Virus record (IMG/VR): IMGVR_UViG_3300025087_000082
Location: 1-56,426 of that record
DNA from: a virus
Reading direction: 5' to 3' (one strand)
DNA: 56,426 nt
The position numbers were made by a program, and so were the translations under genes. The notes under the pieces are model-generated. The model was not told the DNA's origin, searched no databases, and worked only from the letters and a program-made list of their open reading frames with translations. This document shows, piece by piece, positions 39,986-48,220 of this stretch. Within the stretch, counting starts at the first letter, position 1. Each line of letters begins with the position of its first letter.

Positions 39986-40123
39986 ATGAGTACCATCCTG
40001 CTAGAGGGTGATTGCCTGAAAATGTTGCCAGGCCTGGCCACGGAGAGCATTGACTTAGTTTTCACTTCCCCGCCTTACCCTGGTGTAAATAAGAAGAACA
40101 CAAAGCATATTGACTATAGATAG
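39986..40123 (+). pseudogene. Truncated DNA methyltransferase (N-terminal 45 aa only)
   Basis: MSTILLEGDCLKMLPGLATESIDLVFTSPPYPGV..., then a stop. No SAM-binding half lies downstream in any frame. Confidence 0.6.
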
Positions 40124-40346
40124 TTCCTTCAACGATGCTCTAAGACGCTCCGATATGAGCATCCACATACAACAAAACAAACAGTAAGCCAAAGCGTATT
40201 CAACGCAAAGCCCTGAGGTGTATTTCGGAGCAAACTGTTACAGGTTTGAAGACCACGACGCGCCGTTTCCTGAGTTGGGCGAAAGCCCTATCCTGTGTCA
40301 AAGCCGAGAACAGGCAGGACATTGATGAAACCCTAATCGGGTAGAG

Positions 40347-40481
40347 ATGAAAAGTGAAACGGACAACCCTTTTGAACTAACCGTTCGATTTGTCCTTGAA
40401 AAAGGAAGGGAGGCCATGCCGCAGGGAATTAACGCGTCAATTTTTAAATACAACTTAAACCCTAACCGGAGGCAACAATGA
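40347..40481 (+). CDS. Possible small ORF (44 aa) coupled to the next gene
   Basis: Its stop forms an ATGA overlap with the ATG at 40478. Confidence 0.3.
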   Translation: MKSETDNPFELTVRFVLEKGREAMPQGINASIFKYNLNPNRRQQ

Positions 40482-40951
40482 CTCAGACAACCGACTCAAG
40501 GCAGATCGGAATGATAGTAAGAGGAATATTGAGTAAACATAATTTGGATAATCTCCAATTGGAGATCGACCTAACTGAATCATTCAAGCGGTATATGGAT
40601 GGCAAAAAACAGGGCCGGGATATTGCCAAAATCCGCGAGGAAATATTGCTCTCGCTTGAAATAGGAGCACTCAAGGAAAATGCAAAGATAAACATGGAGG
40701 CGCGGGTCAAGCTGTCGCTTGGGATAGAAGTTTCAGGGAGAAGCCGCTACGATGACATGATTCGCTTCCTTCTCAAAAAGGATGCGGAGGGGCAGTCAGT
40801 GGAACTGTTCGCGGAGTGGTGCAGAAATAACCCATTCAATGCTCCGAAGTTTTTCAAGATTGCGGAAATGCCTGATTTGCTTATGGTCAACTGGCCTGCC
40901 GCATTCGCTGAATATGCAGTGAAAGTTTCTGAATATGTGACGCTGACATGA
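40478..40951 (+). CDS. Hypothetical replication-associated protein (possible helicase loader/initiator)
   Basis: 157 aa, with a start/stop overlap into dnaB. Positional call only. Confidence 0.4.
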   Translation: MTQTTDSRQIGMIVRGILSKHNLDNLQLEIDLTESFKRYMDGKKQGRDIAKIREEILLSLEIGALKENAKINMEARVKLSLGIEVSGRSRYDDMIRFLLKKDAEGQSVELFAEWCRNNPFNAPKFFKIAEMPDLLMVNWPAAFAEYAVKVSEYVTLT

Positions 40952-42273
40952 CGCTTACTATCCCCCACTCACGCGAAGCGGAAGAAGCCGCGCTCGGCTG
41001 CGTCATGATAGATCATAACGCGCTTTATGATCTTGCGCCTTTCCTGCGCTCCCATCATTTCTACATCGAAAGACATAAATGGATTTGGGATGCCTTCCTT
41101 GCGCTGGACGGGCGGCGCTCCTCCATTGACCTTGTTATGGTTGCTGACGAATTGGAACGGCATGGGAAGTTGGCGGAGGCTGGCGGGCCCGCCTATCTTA
41201 CCAAACTGGTTAGCAATGTTCCGTCATCCCTCAACGCCGAAAGCTATGGGCGGATCGTGACAGGTACGGCGGCGCGGCGGGCCATGATCCAGGCCGCAAA
41301 CAAGATTGCCACACTCGCCTACGATGAATCGAAGCCGATTGAGTTATGTGTATCAGACGCGATGGCTGAGACATCCGGCTTGGAGATTCTCAACAACAGC
41401 GCGAACTTTGTACAACTTGGCGACTTGTTGAGTCGAGTTATTGATGACATCGAAGTCCGCGCCAAAGATCCTAAGGAAGTTTGGGGGCTGGCGACCGGAC
41501 TTCCGAAGTTTGATAAAAAGACGGGCGGCCTGCAACTTGGTGAACTTACCTATCTTGTGGGTGGGCCTGGGATTGGCAAGACATGGCTTGAACTTAGCTG
41601 GGCAATCGAACTCGGCAAACAGGAGCCGGGCGCGGTCATCTCGCTTGAGATGCACCGGAACGCAATCGGGCGGCGTGTCCTGTCTGGTGTAACAGGCGTA
41701 TCCACGCGGGCTATGAAATCAGGCTTTATGGCGGATGGAGATTGGCCTGTGCTGGTACGCGCGCTGGGGGAACATGAAAAGACACCAATCTGGATAGATG
41801 ACTCAAGTTATGACACCTCCCGCCTGCGCGCTACCCTGGCATGGCTGAAACGCGAGCATGGTATCAGATGGTTTATTCTGGACTACGCCCTGCTAATGAT
41901 GGACAGCGGCAAGGATGAAACTGAACAGACGAAGATCATCAGCGCGAACATGAAGCGCATTGTGCATGACATGAATATATGCGGCGTTGTCTTGCACTCT
42001 GTTACAAAGGTCGGCATGGAGGGGGAGGAGCCGAAACAGAGCGACCAGCGGGGCAGCGGGCAGGCGATCCACGACGCCGATGTGCAATTGTTTCTTACCA
42101 AACTCTACGAAAAGGATACCAATGTATCCGGTCTAACTCCCGAACAAAAGGCGAAGATGGCGACGCTATGGTGCAGTAAGGGCCGGGAGCTGGAAGAATC
42201 GAAATTCAAACTCCACCTGATACGGCGCGGCAATAGTCCGTTTTGGGCCGAGTATGATCCATACCATGAATAG
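40948..42273 (+). CDS. dnaB: Replicative DNA helicase DnaB
   Basis: N-terminal PHSREAEEAALGCVM...GGPAYL and Walker A GGPGIGKT. 441 aa. Confidence 0.9.
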   Translation: MTLTIPHSREAEEAALGCVMIDHNALYDLAPFLRSHHFYIERHKWIWDAFLALDGRRSSIDLVMVADELERHGKLAEAGGPAYLTKLVSNVPSSLNAESYGRIVTGTAARRAMIQAANKIATLAYDESKPIELCVSDAMAETSGLEILNNSANFVQLGDLLSRVIDDIEVRAKDPKEVWGLATGLPKFDKKTGGLQLGELTYLVGGPGIGKTWLELSWAIELGKQEPGAVISLEMHRNAIGRRVLSGVTGVSTRAMKSGFMADGDWPVLVRALGEHEKTPIWIDDSSYDTSRLRATLAWLKREHGIRWFILDYALLMMDSGKDETEQTKIISANMKRIVHDMNICGVVLHSVTKVGMEGEEPKQSDQRGSGQAIHDADVQLFLTKLYEKDTNVSGLTPEQKAKMATLWCSKGRELEESKFKLHLIRRGNSPFWAEYDPYHE

Positions 42274-42284
42274 AAAGGATTGAC

Positions 42285-42584
42285 ATGACTAACAGACCAC
42301 GATATTACAAGATGCTCCGCACAGACAAAGAGGATCAGGAACGCGCCGCGCTCTTCGACGGCTGGCTCTCGAAGCAGACCAGAGATAACCAGAACAGGTG
42401 TATCTATTATCTGTATATGCTGACAGAGGAAAAAGGTCTGCCAGAGACGGGTGCTAAGGCGCTGCTTGCAGAACTATTCTGCTTTGCGTCTTTGTTGCCT
42501 GACCAGCGCGACCACATGCAGACGCATGGTACGGCGGTACAGCGCGCCTATGAGTGGAGCCGAATTGACGGGAGGGAGGTGTGA
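42285..42584 (+). CDS. Hypothetical protein
   Basis: 99-aa ORF. Confidence 0.5.
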   Translation: MTNRPRYYKMLRTDKEDQERAALFDGWLSKQTRDNQNRCIYYLYMLTEEKGLPETGAKALLAELFCFASLLPDQRDHMQTHGTAVQRAYEWSRIDGREV

Positions 42585-42585
42585 T

Positions 42586-42801
42586 ATGCCCGCAATGTAT
42601 GAATGTGCAAACCATGATTATTGTGGGGGTTATGTGATCGGCATCAGTAAGACGCATCTGTGCGACAAGTGCCGCGAGACGGCGCGCCAGCTTGATCGCA
42701 AGATCGAGCAGGATGCGCTAATCGAGCAGGAATACAAGCGCCTGAACGCCAAGCATCCGAACCGTCCGACGTTCAAGGAGATCGAGCGGGAGGTCAAATG
42801 A
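42586..42801 (+). CDS. Hypothetical Cys-containing protein (71 aa)
   Basis: GGAGG lies before the ATG at 42586. Confidence 0.5.
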   Translation: MPAMYECANHDYCGGYVIGISKTHLCDKCRETARQLDRKIEQDALIEQEYKRLNAKHPNRPTFKEIEREVK

Positions 42802-43253
42802 AACGTAAAAGTCCTGTGGGCAGCAACTATCCCGATAACTGGCCTGAGATAGCGAAGGCGGTAAAAGACGCCGCGAATTGGCGTTGTGTGCGTTGCGGAA
42901 AGCTGCATGATCCTGAGAATGGGTACACTCTGACGGTACATCATCTGGACATCAACCCTGAAAACTGCGCTTGGTGGAATATCCCGGCACTTTGCCAGCG
43001 TTGCCATTTGTCGATACAAAGCAAGGTCGTGATGGAACAGCCATATATGTTTCCTCATTCAGAATGGTTCAGACCCTATGTCGCAGCTTACTACGCGGTA
43101 GTCGAGGGTGAATTGCAACCGACATTCGATTATTACGAAAGCCTGAAACTTGCGCCGCGCGAAATAGTGATGGAACATATTGACGAGTACCTTGCATTAG
43201 GGCAGGCAATGACACTAATCCCAGGTACAGACCATTTTGAGGAGGCGTGGTGA
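42798..43253 (+). CDS. HNH endonuclease-domain protein
   Basis: CVRCG...LTVHHLDINPENC...LCQRCH. Confidence 0.75.
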   Translation: MKRKSPVGSNYPDNWPEIAKAVKDAANWRCVRCGKLHDPENGYTLTVHHLDINPENCAWWNIPALCQRCHLSIQSKVVMEQPYMFPHSEWFRPYVAAYYAVVEGELQPTFDYYESLKLAPREIVMEHIDEYLALGQAMTLIPGTDHFEEAW

Positions 43254-43489
43254 CCACCCCTGCGAATGATACGCGCCGAACCACAGACCTGCTCATCGGC
43301 TTGTGGAACCTGGCTGCGGAAGCCACGCTGAAAACATGCAATGCCGAACAGCAGCAGATTATCCGGCTGTTTCTGAGTTCGCCGGAATGGGGCGCGGTAC
43401 GGTTTGCAAAGTGCAAGGAGTTCGCGCAGAAACTGACAGGCAGAGTGCCTGCTCGTAAACTAAAAAAAGAAAGGACTATGACAAAATGA
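43247..43489 (+). CDS. Hypothetical protein
   Basis: 80-aa ORF. Confidence 0.45.
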   Translation: MVTTPANDTRRTTDLLIGLWNLAAEATLKTCNAEQQQIIRLFLSSPEWGAVRFAKCKEFAQKLTGRVPARKLKKERTMTK

Positions 43490-43599
43490 TTTACATTGCC
43501 GCGATTGTTTTAGGTATCCTGTTCGTCTGGTTCCTGCTGCTTGCGGCTGGGCTGGGCGCGATGGTTGATGACCGCGAAGAGCGGGAGTGTGAGAAATGA
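43486..43599 (+). CDS. Small single-TM protein (37 aa)
   Basis: MIYIAAIVLGILFVWFLLLAAGLGAMV... ATGA overlap with the next gene. Confidence 0.4.
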   Translation: MIYIAAIVLGILFVWFLLLAAGLGAMVDDREERECEK

Positions 43600-43832
43600 A
43601 ATGCTGGCTTTGCGAACGTGAGACCGCCCTGGACAAAGGCGGCCTGAACCCGTCCGAGATCAAGCTGAATATGTTCAATGACGCCGAGTGCATCAACTGT
43701 ACCGACCGCCTGAACTTCACGGCGCTGCTGCTGGCGAAGCCTGAACTCATCCCGCTTGTGGTAGGTGTGCAAAAGTTGCCCAGCGTGGAAGGCGTAACGG
43801 TTGGTATCAGGTTTGATGAGGAGGACGAATAA
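43596..43832 (+). CDS. Hypothetical Cys-containing protein
   Basis: 78-aa ORF. Confidence 0.5.
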   Translation: MKCWLCERETALDKGGLNPSEIKLNMFNDAECINCTDRLNFTALLLAKPELIPLVVGVQKLPSVEGVTVGIRFDEEDE

Positions 43833-43921
43833 TGCCCATTATTCTCGCTGCATGTTCTTTTGCCGCTGCCGCTGTTGTTTGGGCGGCTTATTGTGTAAGT
43901 CAATTTAAGAAAGGAAAATGA
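43832..43921 (+). CDS. Small single-TM protein (29 aa)
   Basis: MPIILAACSFAAAAVVWAAYCVSQFKKGK. Confidence 0.35.
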   Translation: MPIILAACSFAAAAVVWAAYCVSQFKKGK

Positions 43922-43922
43922 A

Positions 43923-44120
43923 ATGTCAGGACCTACTCGTGGAGTTGGCGATTTTGATACAAGCGATCTGCCGGGCGGCAGCCGTCCGTCAAATGACGCT
44001 TATCGTCGTGATTATCCCAAATCGAAACATTGCAGGTTGACACAATCAATGGATATAGTGTTGTTGTTAATAGATACAATGGCAACAGTGAGAAGTTGCA
44101 GGTTATCATTGATAATGTGA
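43923..44120 (+). CDS. Uncertain ORF (65 aa)
   Basis: The N-terminal half looks plausible and the C-terminal half does not. It competes with the 44030..44194 frame. Confidence 0.3.
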   Translation: MSGPTRGVGDFDTSDLPGGSRPSNDAYRRDYPKSKHCRLTQSMDIVLLLIDTMATVRSCRLSLIM

Positions 44121-44194
44121 AACTCGATACGTCCACTGTGGAATATGTAAGCATTGACAAACTGGATGGCTATATCAGGAGCCATACAAGATGA
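44030..44194 (+). CDS. Uncertain ORF (54 aa, TTG start)
   Basis: The frame reads ..INGYSVVVNRYNGNSEKLQVIIDNVKLDTSTVEYVSIDKLDGYIRSHTR. Its 3' end is the duplicated 73-bp segment. Confidence 0.3.
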   Translation: MQVDTINGYSVVVNRYNGNSEKLQVIIDNVKLDTSTVEYVSIDKLDGYIRSHTR

Positions 44195-44195
44195 G
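44123..44195 (+). repeat. 73-bp imperfect direct repeat, copy 1
   Basis: Matches 44396..44468. The last 34 nt are identical: ctggatggctatatcaggagccatacaagatgag. Confidence 0.85.
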
Positions 44196-44226
44196 TACTC
44201 CCACCATCGCAGAAAAGGAATAATCC

Positions 44227-44400
44227 ATGAAAACACCAACAGGATACACAACATCCAAAAGATATAACCGCCCTGGCTTGATGATACTTACTTGCTATAA
44301 ATGTGGAAAACAAATTGACTCTAAGAACGCATATAAGGATAAGCAGGATCGGGACATTTGCGAAGCATGCTCAAGAAAAATGGTTGAGGATAAGACTTGA
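44227..44400 (+). CDS. Zinc-ribbon protein (57 aa) flanked by the 73-bp repeats
   Basis: MKTPTGYTTSKRYNRPGLMILTCYKCGKQIDSKNAYKDKQDRDICEACSRKMVEDKT. Confidence 0.5.
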   Translation: MKTPTGYTTSKRYNRPGLMILTCYKCGKQIDSKNAYKDKQDRDICEACSRKMVEDKT

Positions 44401-44468
44401 TACTTCCATTGTGGGGTATGTCAGTATGAGCAAGCTGGATGGCTATATCAGGAGCCATACAAGATGAG
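44396..44468 (+). repeat. 73-bp imperfect direct repeat, copy 2
   Basis: See 44123..44195. Confidence 0.85.
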
Positions 44469-44661
44469 CGTACTAAGTGATTTGAAATGGAATCTGGTTC
44501 ACGAACGTCCAGATAAGAACGGGAGATGTGTCACCTACATCGTGGACGCGAAAGGCAATAGAATTGCCGTATCCAAAAAGCGCCAAACCGGAGAGGATGC
44601 TTACGCTCAAGCCGAAAAATACGCGGAGAAATACTTGTCTGAGCATCCGGGCGGGGATTGA
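44464..44661 (+). CDS. Hypothetical protein (65 aa)
   Basis: Its start lies within repeat copy 2. Confidence 0.5.
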   Translation: MSVLSDLKWNLVHERPDKNGRCVTYIVDAKGNRIAVSKKRQTGEDAYAQAEKYAEKYLSEHPGGD

Positions 44662-44662
44662 T

Positions 44663-44833
44663 ATGACCACCCCCACCGTCACAACCATAGCCGAGCAGAT
44701 GGGACTCATCCGGGTCATTATCGTCTGCGCCGGATGCAAACAGCAGGTCGCTATCTGGGTCAAGCCGGGGGAAAGTCCGCGAAAAGCCTGCCCCCGCTGC
44801 GGTGGGCTGATGAAGCAGTCAGGCAGGGATTGA
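44663..44833 (+). CDS. Zinc-ribbon protein, tandem paralog 1 (56 aa)
   Basis: MTTPTVTTIAEQMGLIRVIIVCAGCKQQVAIWVKPGESPRKACPRCGG. Confidence 0.5.
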   Translation: MTTPTVTTIAEQMGLIRVIIVCAGCKQQVAIWVKPGESPRKACPRCGGLMKQSGRD

Positions 44834-44835
44834 CA

Positions 44836-44994
44836 TTGACCACTCCTACCATCATCGCAGAGAAGGTCCTTGTCGTGATCGTTTGCAGATGCGGGATAGA
44901 GTATGCGGTGTGGCAAAAGCCAGGAGATGTCGTGTGCCTCACCTGCCCCAAATGCGGGCAGACGCTGACGGCGATAGCGCCCATGCGGGGATGA
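44836..44994 (+). CDS. Zinc-ribbon protein, tandem paralog 2 (52 aa, TTG start)
   Basis: (L)TTPTIIAEKVLVVIVCRCGIEYAVWQKPGDVVCLTCPKCGQ. The start was aligned to the ATG of paralog 1. Confidence 0.45.
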   Translation: MTTPTIIAEKVLVVIVCRCGIEYAVWQKPGDVVCLTCPKCGQTLTAIAPMRG

Positions 44995-45005
44995 AGTAGC
45001 AGGGA

Positions 45006-45034
45006 TTGACATCTGGAATGAGGGGGAGTAAAAT
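45006..45034 (+). promoter_or_regulatory. Sigma70-type promoter
   Basis: TTGACA, 17 nt spacer, TAAAAT. It sits inside the recurrent GGGATTGACAT motif. Confidence 0.55.
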
Positions 45035-45064
45035 CACACACATACATACATTGAAAGGTGTACT

Positions 45065-45277
45065 ATGATTATGACAGATGAACAAATCACCGCTTATACG
45101 CCCCTCAAAAGGTCTGAGGCAACTTGGGTTGCATCGTGGCTGAAAGCCGATAAAAGAAAGACGGTAAGAAGTGGGTGGCTGGGAGTATATCGTATGACGC
45201 CCGCCGAAATCTCGAAAAGATACCACGTACCCGTTGACGAAGTACTCTCCGCGGCGCGCGGCGAACAGAGACGATAA
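45065..45277 (+). CDS. Hypothetical protein (70 aa)
   Basis: GAAAGGTG lies before the ATG. Confidence 0.5.
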   Translation: MIMTDEQITAYTPLKRSEATWVASWLKADKRKTVRSGWLGVYRMTPAEISKRYHVPVDEVLSAARGEQRR

Positions 45278-45294
45278 GAAAGGAAAGTGAGATC

Positions 45295-45456
45295 ATGACA
45301 AAGTGCGATTTAGTTGTTGTTGTAATGACCTGGTTTGGCATTATTTCAGGTGGGATTTTGATTTATAACTATCTCCCTAGAATTTGGATGTTCATAGCAT
45401 TGGCGGCGTGGACATTGGCCTGCGCTGAAATTGGAATGCGATTACAGAAAGGATAA
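45295..45456 (+). CDS. Small two-TM membrane protein (53 aa)
   Basis: MTKCDLVVVVMTWFGIISGGILIYNYLPRIWMFIALAAWTLACAEIG... Confidence 0.4.
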   Translation: MTKCDLVVVVMTWFGIISGGILIYNYLPRIWMFIALAAWTLACAEIGMRLQKG

Positions 45457-45461
45457 TTGAC

Positions 45462-46541
45462 ATGGCTGATAAAAATAGGAACGAGTTCTTTGACATGGGA
45501 GCACTCGACGAACTGGACAAGCAGATCACGGAGCGCATGGCTCGCCCCACCCTTGTAAAGAAACTCAAAGAAAAAAAGAAAGCCGCAAGCAAGGTCGAAG
45601 GCTTGAACTGGAAGAAGGAGATGGAGGAATATTGGTACGTGTATCTGTTCCTTGCCATCTCTGCTATGTTCACAGGCACGCTCGGCATCTATATGGGACT
45701 ATCCCCAAAACTACTCCCTGAACAGAACGTAATATTCTACAATACCGACATTCCCCACATCATTCTTGCGTTGGTGTATTTTATCGCGTTCATTGGTGTC
45801 ACTGAATTGGCTTTTGCGATTATGAAGTGGAAATTCCACACGCGTGAAGAAAACAACGGTACGCAGCAATGGACAATGATAACAGGAATGGGTGTCAGTG
45901 GTCTGAGCATCCTGGCAACCGGAATTGCAGGCGGAACGGTGATTGCAAGCAACATTACTTTTCTTACGGACTTCGCCAGTGTTCCCGATGCCGCGCAGAA
46001 GTGGGTCGTGATCGCCATTCCTGTCTTAATTACTACCTATACGTTTTTACTCTCCGCCTATGCCCTATCATCCGAGAGCGCACAGTCTGAGCGGTTGACC
46101 CGCGAGCAGGAACGGGAAAACGAGTTGGATCACCGTACCCGCCTTAAGAGTATTGAGCAAATCGGCGCGCAACAATTACAGGTTGCTGAAATCCGGCGTT
46201 ATCAGCAATTGGTACTAGCTGGCAAGATTAGCGCCGCGGAAGCAGCCGCAGCCATTCGTGCGGGCAGGACACTCAATCAAGAAGAGACGCGTCAGAGTCG
46301 TGATATTGACGGCGATAATATTGTTGGCGGTTCACGTACTCAGTTTTATGACATGGATGCATTTCTTGCCGCGGTCGGCATGACCCGCGAGCAGGCCGTC
46401 GCAAAGTGGAAGGGCAAAGAGTATAAAGACTTTGCGGGAGAGATCAGTCAAAAGCTGGACATTCGCGGGGAGAACATGAGGCAATTGTTCGGTGAACTTT
46501 TCCCTCAAGCCCAGGGGGTGAGCAACAACGGGCGGCGGTAG
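45462..46541 (+). CDS. Multi-pass membrane protein with C-terminal coiled-coil/soluble domain
   Basis: About 5 hydrophobic segments between roughly aa 55 and 205, then a charged helical region. Confidence 0.6.
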   Translation: MADKNRNEFFDMGALDELDKQITERMARPTLVKKLKEKKKAASKVEGLNWKKEMEEYWYVYLFLAISAMFTGTLGIYMGLSPKLLPEQNVIFYNTDIPHIILALVYFIAFIGVTELAFAIMKWKFHTREENNGTQQWTMITGMGVSGLSILATGIAGGTVIASNITFLTDFASVPDAAQKWVVIAIPVLITTYTFLLSAYALSSESAQSERLTREQERENELDHRTRLKSIEQIGAQQLQVAEIRRYQQLVLAGKISAAEAAAAIRAGRTLNQEETRQSRDIDGDNIVGGSRTQFYDMDAFLAAVGMTREQAVAKWKGKEYKDFAGEISQKLDIRGENMRQLFGELFPQAQGVSNNGRR

Positions 46542-46549
46542 GGGAGGCG

Positions 46550-47011
46550 GTGGGGCAGGGGGGGCTAGTGGCTGACGATATACCACTACCTGCCACTAGC
46601 CTAGTGGCTGACGATACAGATCAAGATATTATTTCGGCGGCGCTAAGTAAACCTGGTGGCAATCAGGAGAAGTTCAAGAAACAACCCTGGATTGAGTTCG
46701 ATTGTCAGAAAGGCGTGCATCATGGCAAATGGTCAACCTATCAAGACGGGAAGCGTGTCAGAGTTGAAGGAGGCTACATTGGACGATTCGATAAAGTCCG
46801 CAAACTTGGGAACTATGCCACTAGGCGAGTCACCGAGTTCATCACCATCAACCACAACTGCCACTACCCTGAGAGGTTCCAGGAAGATTTGGAAGAATGC
46901 GGCATTAGTGGAATTGCGGTCGAAAGCTGGCCTAGTGGCAGGGGCGCTGGCAGACTTTCAGGCAGCAAACGGCCTAGTGGTAGTGAAGGAAACGACCTAC
47001 ACATCACCTAG
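46550..47011 (+). CDS. Hypothetical protein overlapping the repeat field (frame 1)
   Basis: The N-terminal ~125 aa look protein-like (HHGKWSTYQDGKRVRVEGGYIGRFDK). The tail looks like read-through of the repeats (PSG x3). Confidence 0.4.
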   Translation: MGQGGLVADDIPLPATSLVADDTDQDIISAALSKPGGNQEKFKKQPWIEFDCQKGVHHGKWSTYQDGKRVRVEGGYIGRFDKVRKLGNYATRRVTEFITINHNCHYPERFQEDLEECGISGIAVESWPSGRGAGRLSGSKRPSGSEGNDLHIT

Positions 47012-47112
47012 TGGCAGGGTTTGCAAAGCCTTGAAACTATTCCTGATCGTGGAAGATATTGACCTAGTGGCAGTAAAGACGGCTGATGGTCTTGACTTTG
47101 ACCTAGTGGCAG
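46564..47112. repeat. Iteron-like field of CCTAGTGGCAG motifs (candidate origin or protein-binding array)
   Basis: Direct copies start at 46931, 46973, 47007, 47063 and 47102. The 17-mer (G/C)CTAGTGGCTGACGATA occurs at 46564 and 46600. Inverted copies lie at 46592 and 46817. A palindrome GCCACTAG-c-CTAGTGGC spans 46592..46608. Confidence 0.7.
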
Positions 47113-47120
47113 GAGAATAA
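46656..47120 (+). CDS. Hypothetical protein overlapping the repeat field (frame 2)
   Basis: The C-terminal ~65 aa look protein-like (GLVAGALADFQAANGLVVVKETTY...LIVEDIDLVAVKTADGLDFDLVAGE). The N-terminal part is low-complexity. Confidence 0.35.
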   Translation: MAIRRSSRNNPGLSSIVRKACIMANGQPIKTGSVSELKEATLDDSIKSANLGTMPLGESPSSSPSTTTATTLRGSRKIWKNAALVELRSKAGLVAGALADFQAANGLVVVKETTYTSPSGRVCKALKLFLIVEDIDLVAVKTADGLDFDLVAGE

Positions 47121-47121
47121 C

Positions 47122-47247
47122 ATGCACGTCGTAGATTGGTTGATTGTATTTTCGTTTGTTGTGTGCTGGCCGATTGCCGGATATCTTTTCTGGAAATGGG
47201 ATATCGGCGGTTATCGCTCCGAGCGCGAGAACAAGGCGAAGAAATGA
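47122..47247 (+). CDS. Small single-TM protein (41 aa)
   Basis: MHVVDWLIVFSFVVCWPIAGYLFWKW... Confidence 0.4.
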   Translation: MHVVDWLIVFSFVVCWPIAGYLFWKWDIGGYRSERENKAKK

Positions 47248-47272
47248 CCCGCCTATATCGGATGAATGAAAA

Positions 47273-47377
47273 GTGAAAATAAAATACGATCAAAGTTATT
47301 GGGATACCAAGAAGTGTTCGCGTTGCAATAAAACAAAAAATCGCCATGAATTTTACAACAATGTAATCTCGCTTTAG
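47273..47377 (+). pseudogene. 34-aa remnant resembling a homing-endonuclease Zn-ribbon N-terminus
   Basis: (V)KIKYDQSYWDTKKCSRCNKTKNRHEFYNNVISL, then a stop. Compare 39033..39122. Confidence 0.3.
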
Positions 47378-47438
47378 GAAACGCGAGAGAAGATATGAAT
47401 ATATTGCTCAGCTTAGTTGAGTATGTACGGAATTTCTG

Positions 47439-47654
47439 ATGATCCGCTATGCAAGAACGCAGATTCTATTTATGTTGATAATCCTGTTGTTTATATTGAC
47501 AATGGCAAGCCTTGCCTGCCGCGTCCCGGTCCTTCCGGTGGTGACCGTCACGCCAACCCCGACCGCGTATGAGTACAGGTACACTCCGCTGCCGCCAACT
47601 CCCGGAATACAGGAAAGTGTCCTGCCTACAACGGAAAGAAAATGGATGCCGTGA
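47439..47654 (+). CDS. Secreted/membrane-anchored Pro/Thr-rich protein
   Basis: N-terminal hydrophobic signal ending in ...LTMASLAC. Confidence 0.5.
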   Translation: MIRYARTQILFMLIILLFILTMASLACRVPVLPVVTVTPTPTAYEYRYTPLPPTPGIQESVLPTTERKWMP

Positions 47655-47836
47655 AAATAACAACGTTTCATCAAGAATATTTTTGTAAGAAATGTGGTTC
47701 ACCGCTTGGCGATCCTACTTCCGCGGAGTTTCTTCAAGACGAGATATATCTTTATTATGTGTGCTTGAAGTGCCTGATATATCATTGCGTATATTTTACT
47801 GTTGCTAATTTTGTATCGTTTCCAAAAGATGAATAG
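47642..47836 (+). CDS. Zinc-ribbon protein
   Basis: CKKCGS...CLKCLIYHC. Confidence 0.45.
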   Translation: MDAVKITTFHQEYFCKKCGSPLGDPTSAEFLQDEIYLYYVCLKCLIYHCVYFTVANFVSFPKDE

Positions 47837-47950
47837 ATCATAACCCGAACAAATGTTCAGTAATGAATTTGCAACGTTTGGAAATGTTACCTTGCGTGAC
47901 AATCCACGTCTAGATTAGCGGGGCGGGACCAGGCTCCAGCCAGTCCGCCA

Positions 47951-48220
47951 TTGGAGCACGATATGGGCGAAGCACAACTGACACAGAGCCAGGAGGACTG
48001 GCTGCGACAAATCGACACGACATATCGGCGTGATTTTTTCCGAAGGGTAATGCTAAATGCCCGTCCTGAAAATCAGGCTATGGTTATTCCAGAGGGGGTG
48101 GAGTGGTACAGGAACTTGAATTTTATCGAGCAGAAAGTAGCCGAGCATGATACGCGGCTGAATAAACTCTTTGGCGCTCTGAAAAGAAGCGCCGGTCAAC
48201 TGTCAAAACTACTCGACTGA
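47951..48220 (+). CDS. Hypothetical protein
   Basis: 89-aa ORF. An alternative ATG lies at 47963. Confidence 0.5.
   Translation: MEHDMGEAQLTQSQEDWLRQIDTTYRRDFFRRVMLNARPENQAMVIPEGVEWYRNLNFIEQKVAEHDTRLNKLFGALKRSAGQLSKLLD

Noticed and set aside
39986-40951. A group I intron might be splitting the methyltransferase gene.
   Set aside because: No downstream exon encodes the SAM-binding half in any frame. The next ORFs are unrelated.
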